A stretch of DNA of 64,000 nucleotides, from contig CAXXVD010000001.1 in the NCBI GenBank assembly GCA_963662335.2, positions 608,001 to 672,000 of the forward strand, written 5' to 3'. Shown piece by piece: positions 60,011 to 64,000 of the stretch (within the stretch, counting starts at the first letter, position 1; each line of letters opens with the position of its first letter). Both the position numbers and the translations under genes were made by a program. This DNA comes from Chloroflexota bacterium (GTDB taxonomy: Bacteria > Chloroflexota > UBA11872 > VXOZ01). The notes under the pieces were generated by a model. It saw only the letters and a program-made list of their open reading frames with translations. It searched no databases and had not been told where the DNA came from.

Positions 60011-61027
60011 ATGCTTGTCACCACCAGCGGCCGGTTTCCCATTGTCAGCAACGGCCAACATCCCTTGCGCGCCGCCGTGGAGGACTGGCGGGAGCGCGAG
60101 ACGCCGACGCCGGAGAGCGCGTGGCGGGATGAGGCGTTGCGCGCCGTCCAGGCCGCGACCCAGGTGGAACTGCTGGCGGCGCAAACCGGGGCCGGCGCGG
60201 ACATCCTGGAGCCGGGCTACGCGCCCGTCTACGACGAGTGGTTCCAGATGGCGCGCGTCGTGCCGGGGTTGGCAGTCGCCGCGCCTCTCCGGTATCTGGA
60301 CACCAACACCTACTACCACCACTGGGTCTTGGACAAGCCGCCTACGCGCGGGGCGGAAAGTCCCATTGTCAGCGCTTACCGCCACGCCGCCGCGCACACG
60401 CAGAAGCCCATCAAGCCCGCGCTCTTTGGGCCGTACACCGTCTGGGCGTACGCCGACCGGCAGGGCGACGGCGACACGCCGGCGGCTTTCGACGCGCTGG
60501 TGGACATCTGGGCGGCGGACGTGGCGGCTCTGGCTCAGGCCGGGGCGCGCTACATCCAGCTTGAAGAATCGGTCATTTTGCGTCCCAAGCACCGCGCCGA
60601 CTTTCCGCTGGTGGCGCAGGCCATCGAGCGCATCGCGCGCGCCGCGCCGGTCGCAACTCTCATCGTGCATCTCGCGTGCGGCGCGATTGGCGATATGCTC
60701 GAGCCCTTCCTCAAAATCCCCGGCCTGGGCGGGCTGGGCCTGGACTTCACCGACGCCTATCGCGCGCCCAACCTGGCTGCCCTCCCAGGCTGGCGCGGAG
60801 ATGCAATTCTGCAAGCCGGCATCGCCGACGCGCGCAGCATCCGCATCGAAACTGAGCCCGAATTACACGAAATCCTGCGCGAGATAGCCGCCGCCGTGCC
60901 TGCGGAAAATTGCTGGGCCGCCCCCAGCACGGCGCTGCTCCACTTGCCGCGCCACGCCGCTTTTGAGAAACTGGCAACGCTGGCGCGCGCCGCCCACGCT
61001 TTCAACGGTAAGGGGGAACAAGCATGA
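60011..61027 (+). CDS. Cobalamin-independent methionine synthase, N-terminal (folate-binding)-like half
   Basis: RYLDTNTYY, K..LFGPYT, AGARYIQLEE, GLGLDF, AGIADAR, LLHLP...AFEKL; lacks the Zn-binding Cys set. Confidence 0.75.
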   Translation: MLVTTSGRFPIVSNGQHPLRAAVEDWRERETPTPESAWRDEALRAVQAATQVELLAAQTGAGADILEPGYAPVYDEWFQMARVVPGLAVAAPLRYLDTNTYYHHWVLDKPPTRGAESPIVSAYRHAAAHTQKPIKPALFGPYTVWAYADRQGDGDTPAAFDALVDIWAADVAALAQAGARYIQLEESVILRPKHRADFPLVAQAIERIARAAPVATLIVHLACGAIGDMLEPFLKIPGLGGLGLDFTDAYRAPNLAALPGWRGDAILQAGIADARSIRIETEPELHEILREIAAAVPAENCWAAPSTALLHLPRHAAFEKLATLARAAHAFNGKGEQA

Positions 61028-62019
61028 GCGCCCTTCCGCTCCTACCGCTCTCCGGCATTGGCAGCCTGCCCAAGCCGCCCGACCTCTTCCAGGCGGAGAT
61101 GGCGCCGCTGGAACAGCAAGACCGCGCCTGGATGCGCCAACGTCAAGAGGCCGCAGTGGCCGAGTGGCTTGCGCTCCAGCAAGAGATTGGCATCGACGTG
61201 CCGGTGGACGGGGAGCAGTACCGGCGCTCCATGACCACCTATTTCCTGGAAGGCTGGGGCTGCGCCGACATCGATCCCGACCCGGTGTGGGTATTAGACA
61301 ACATGTACGGCCAGCGGGCGGTCATCAAGCGTCCCGCCACCGCGCCGCGCGCGTTGCTCGCGGACTGGTACCAATTCGCCGCCGCCCGCGTCCAGGGTGA
61401 CATCAAGGTCACCGTCACCGGCGCGTACACCCTGCGGGACTGGGTCTTCGATCTGCACTATCCCGACCGGCGCGCGGCGGTGCTGGCGCTGGCGGAATAC
61501 GTCCGCGAAGAGGCGCTGGCGCTGGTGGCCGCGGGCGCGCGTTACCTGCAAATCGACGAACCGGCGTTCGTCACCCGCTATGACCAGCCGGCCGAGCTTG
61601 ACACGGCGATTGCGGCCATGCGGCGCGTCTGCGACGGCCTGCCGGCGGACGTCACGGTTTTCACCCACATGTGCTACGGCGCGTTCCACGAGGTCTACCC
61701 CAAGATGCTGGAACTGCCGGCGCACGTCTTCTGCCTGGAACTTGCCCACGTCGCGCCGGAAATGCTGGAAATCCTGCGCCGGCATCCGTTTCCCGCCGAC
61801 CGCGCCATGGGCTACGGCGTTGTGGACGCGCAAGATCCCCGTGTAGAATCGGTGGAGGAGATCGAAGCGCGCATCCGGCTGGCGCTGGACTACTTCGCGC
61901 CGGAGCAACTCTGGATTAACCCGGATTGCGGCCTGCAGGCGATTCCGCACGAGGCGGCGGTCGCCAAACTGCGCAACCTGGCAACCGCCGCGCGCCGGGT
62001 GCGCCAGTTGCTCGTCTGA
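61024..62019 (+). CDS. metE: Cobalamin-independent methionine synthase, catalytic (Zn-binding) half
   Basis: IGSLPKP, VDGEQYR, QIDEPA, HMCYG, LE, WINPDCGL; ATGA overlap with the upstream gene. Confidence 0.85.
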   Translation: MSALPLLPLSGIGSLPKPPDLFQAEMAPLEQQDRAWMRQRQEAAVAEWLALQQEIGIDVPVDGEQYRRSMTTYFLEGWGCADIDPDPVWVLDNMYGQRAVIKRPATAPRALLADWYQFAAARVQGDIKVTVTGAYTLRDWVFDLHYPDRRAAVLALAEYVREEALALVAAGARYLQIDEPAFVTRYDQPAELDTAIAAMRRVCDGLPADVTVFTHMCYGAFHEVYPKMLELPAHVFCLELAHVAPEMLEILRRHPFPADRAMGYGVVDAQDPRVESVEEIEARIRLALDYFAPEQLWINPDCGLQAIPHEAAVAKLRNLATAARRVRQLLV

Positions 62020-62095
62020 CGGCGGCGATCGAGGCGCATGACCCCCTCTCCCCGGGAGAACTCACAGGGGTAGATACTCTACAATCGACTTCACC

Positions 62096-62203
62096 TGTCA
62101 TTCCGAACGGAGCGCAGCGGAGTGTCGAACCCTGTTCGCGGAATCTAGCGCAATGCCCCACAGAATTGGCAGCTCTAGATTCCTCGCTGCGCTCGGAATG
62201 ACA
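62096..62203. repeat. REP-like element, family 1
   Basis: TGTCATTCCGA...GGAATCTAG / CTAGATTCC...TCGGAATGACA. Confidence 0.85.
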
Positions 62204-62306
62204 TTTACCTACCCCTGTCAGCCAATGAGAGGGAACCGGAGTGCGGCTGCCGACGGGCGCCAATCAAACGACGAACGCGGTGTGTCCTTAACCGAGGAGA
62301 ACCCCA

Positions 62307-63971
62307 GTGCCAGCCACCAATGAAGCCTACTCCCCCCGGCCGATCAGCGAGATTGCCGAGCGTCTCGGCCTGCAGGACGGCGAATTCAGCAATTACGGCC
62401 CGCACATGGGCAAAGTGCGGACGAGCGTGCTGGAGCGGCTGGCGGACAAGCCCGACGGCAAGCTGATTCTCGTTACCGCCATCTCGCCCACCGCGGCCGG
62501 CGAGGGCAAGACCACCGTCACCGTGGGCCTGGCGCAGACACTCTACAGCATGGGCAAGAATGCGCTTTCGTGCACGCGCGAGCCGTCGTTGGGGCCGGTT
62601 TTCGGCATCAAGGGCGGGGCCACCGGCGGCGGCAAGGCCACGCTCGCGCCCGCGCTGGAGATAAACCTGCACTTCACCGGCGATTTCCACGCCGTCACCG
62701 CCGCGCACAACCTGCTCGCCGCCATGCTCGACAACCACCTGCACCAGGGCAACGCGCTCGGCATCGACCCCCGGCGCGTCACCTGGCGGCGTACGCTCGA
62801 CATGAACGACCGCGCCCTGCGCAACGTCGTCATCGGCCTGGGCGGACGCGCCGAGGGCGTGCCGCGCGAGAGCGGCTTCGACATCACGCCCGCGTCCGAG
62901 ATCATGGCGATTCTCTGCCTCTCCGGCGACCTGGCCGACCTCAAGCAGCGCCTGGGCCGCATCATCGTGGGCGAGACCTACGACCGCCAGCCGGTCACCG
63001 CCGCCGACCTCAAGGCCCACGCCGCCATGACAATCCTGCTGCGGGAGGCCATCCACCCAAATCTCGTGCAGAACATGGCCGGCGGGCCGGCGCTGGTGCA
63101 CGGCGGGCCGTTTGGCAACATCGCCCACGGCTGCAACTCGATCATCGCCACGCGGGCCGGGCTGAAACTTGCCGACTACGTGGTGACGGAAGCCGGTTTT
63201 GGCACCGACTTGGGCGCGGAAAAGTTCTTCAACATCAAGTGCCGTCGCGCCGGCCTGGCCCCGGACGCGGTCGTGCTGGTCGCCACCGTGCGCGCCCTCA
63301 AGCTGCACGGCGGCGTGCGTCCCGCCGACCTGGGGACGGAAAACACGGACGCCGTAGCAAAGGGCCTCGCCAACCTGGGGAAACACATAGATAACATCCG
63401 GCAGTTTGGCCTGAATCTCGTCGTGGCGCTCAACCGCTTTCCTTCCGACACCGCCAACGAGATGCGCGTGGTTGCGGATTTCTGCGCGGCGGCCGGCGTG
63501 CCCGCGGCGGAGACCGACGTCTTTGCCCGGGGCGTAGACGGCGGCCGGGCCTTGGCGGAAGCCGTCCTGCCCCTGGTAGAGAAGCCAGCGCCGGGCGCGT
63601 TCCGGCTGCTCTATGCCGACGACGCGCCGCTAAAGGAGAAGATCGGCACAATCGCCCGCGAGATCTACGGCGCGGCCAAGGTCAGCTACGCCCCCGCCGC
63701 CAACCGCGCCCTGCGCCAACTGGAACGCCGGGGCTTCGGCGGCCTGCCCATCTGCATGGCCAAGACCCAATCGTCGTTCTCGGACAATCCCCGCCGGCTG
63801 GGCGCGCCCTCGGGCTTCACCATCACCGTGCGCGACGTCAAGCTCTCAGCCGGCGCCGGCTTCGTCATTCCCATGACCGGCGACATCATGACCATGCCCG
63901 GCCTGCCCGCAACCCCGGCCGCGGACGGCATGACCATCGACGCCGCCGGTAACGTCGGGGGCGTGGATTAG
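62307..63971 (+). CDS. fhs: Formate--tetrahydrofolate ligase
   Basis: PTAAGEGKTT, REPSLGP.FG.KGGA.GGG, HGGPFGNIAHG, TEAGFG.DLGAEKF, CMAKTQ, TMPGLP. Confidence 0.97.
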   Translation: MPATNEAYSPRPISEIAERLGLQDGEFSNYGPHMGKVRTSVLERLADKPDGKLILVTAISPTAAGEGKTTVTVGLAQTLYSMGKNALSCTREPSLGPVFGIKGGATGGGKATLAPALEINLHFTGDFHAVTAAHNLLAAMLDNHLHQGNALGIDPRRVTWRRTLDMNDRALRNVVIGLGGRAEGVPRESGFDITPASEIMAILCLSGDLADLKQRLGRIIVGETYDRQPVTAADLKAHAAMTILLREAIHPNLVQNMAGGPALVHGGPFGNIAHGCNSIIATRAGLKLADYVVTEAGFGTDLGAEKFFNIKCRRAGLAPDAVVLVATVRALKLHGGVRPADLGTENTDAVAKGLANLGKHIDNIRQFGLNLVVALNRFPSDTANEMRVVADFCAAAGVPAAETDVFARGVDGGRALAEAVLPLVEKPAPGAFRLLYADDAPLKEKIGTIAREIYGAAKVSYAPAANRALRQLERRGFGGLPICMAKTQSSFSDNPRRLGAPSGFTITVRDVKLSAGAGFVIPMTGDIMTMPGLPATPAADGMTIDAAGNVGGVD

Positions 63972-64000
63972 GCGATGCGGCGGCGAGGCGCCGGCCCTGC

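Noticed and set aside
62204-62306. THF or ZTP riboswitch upstream of fhs
   Set aside because: Consensus elements are not recognisable by eye; an Rfam scan would be needed.

Overview
GC-rich bacterial chromosome segment. The gene style (Tat-lipoprotein solute-binding proteins, two creatininase-family genes, several Gfo/Idh/MocA oxidoreductases, dense palindromic repeats) suggests Chloroflexota, but this is inference. Housekeeping genes include tmk, guaA, dxr, rseP, rpsU, gmd, murJ, guaB, a split metE pair and fhs. Accessory genes include a solo OLD-type ABC-ATPase/TOPRIM nuclease and a type II-like restriction-modification pair. The standout is a ~9 kb, visibly lower-GC array (4.72-13.79 kb) of six tandem TolB-like (WSPDG/PD40) beta-propeller lipoprotein genes between an ABC exporter and the 3' end of guaA. 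Each gene is preceded by a cryptic mini-reading frame missed by the ORF track, consensus (V)MN...EPDCSPHPFDILAIYALYQ*. It varies mostly at synonymous positions and resembles the Met-turn plus final helix of a metzincin/matrixin zinc protease. The architecture suggests an orphan cassette array of protease-tip remnant plus cognate lipoprotein (possible inhibitor/immunity protein), shuffled through a conserved ~200 bp junction; that function is a hypothesis. I saw no tRNA, rRNA, CRISPR array, integrase or transposase.
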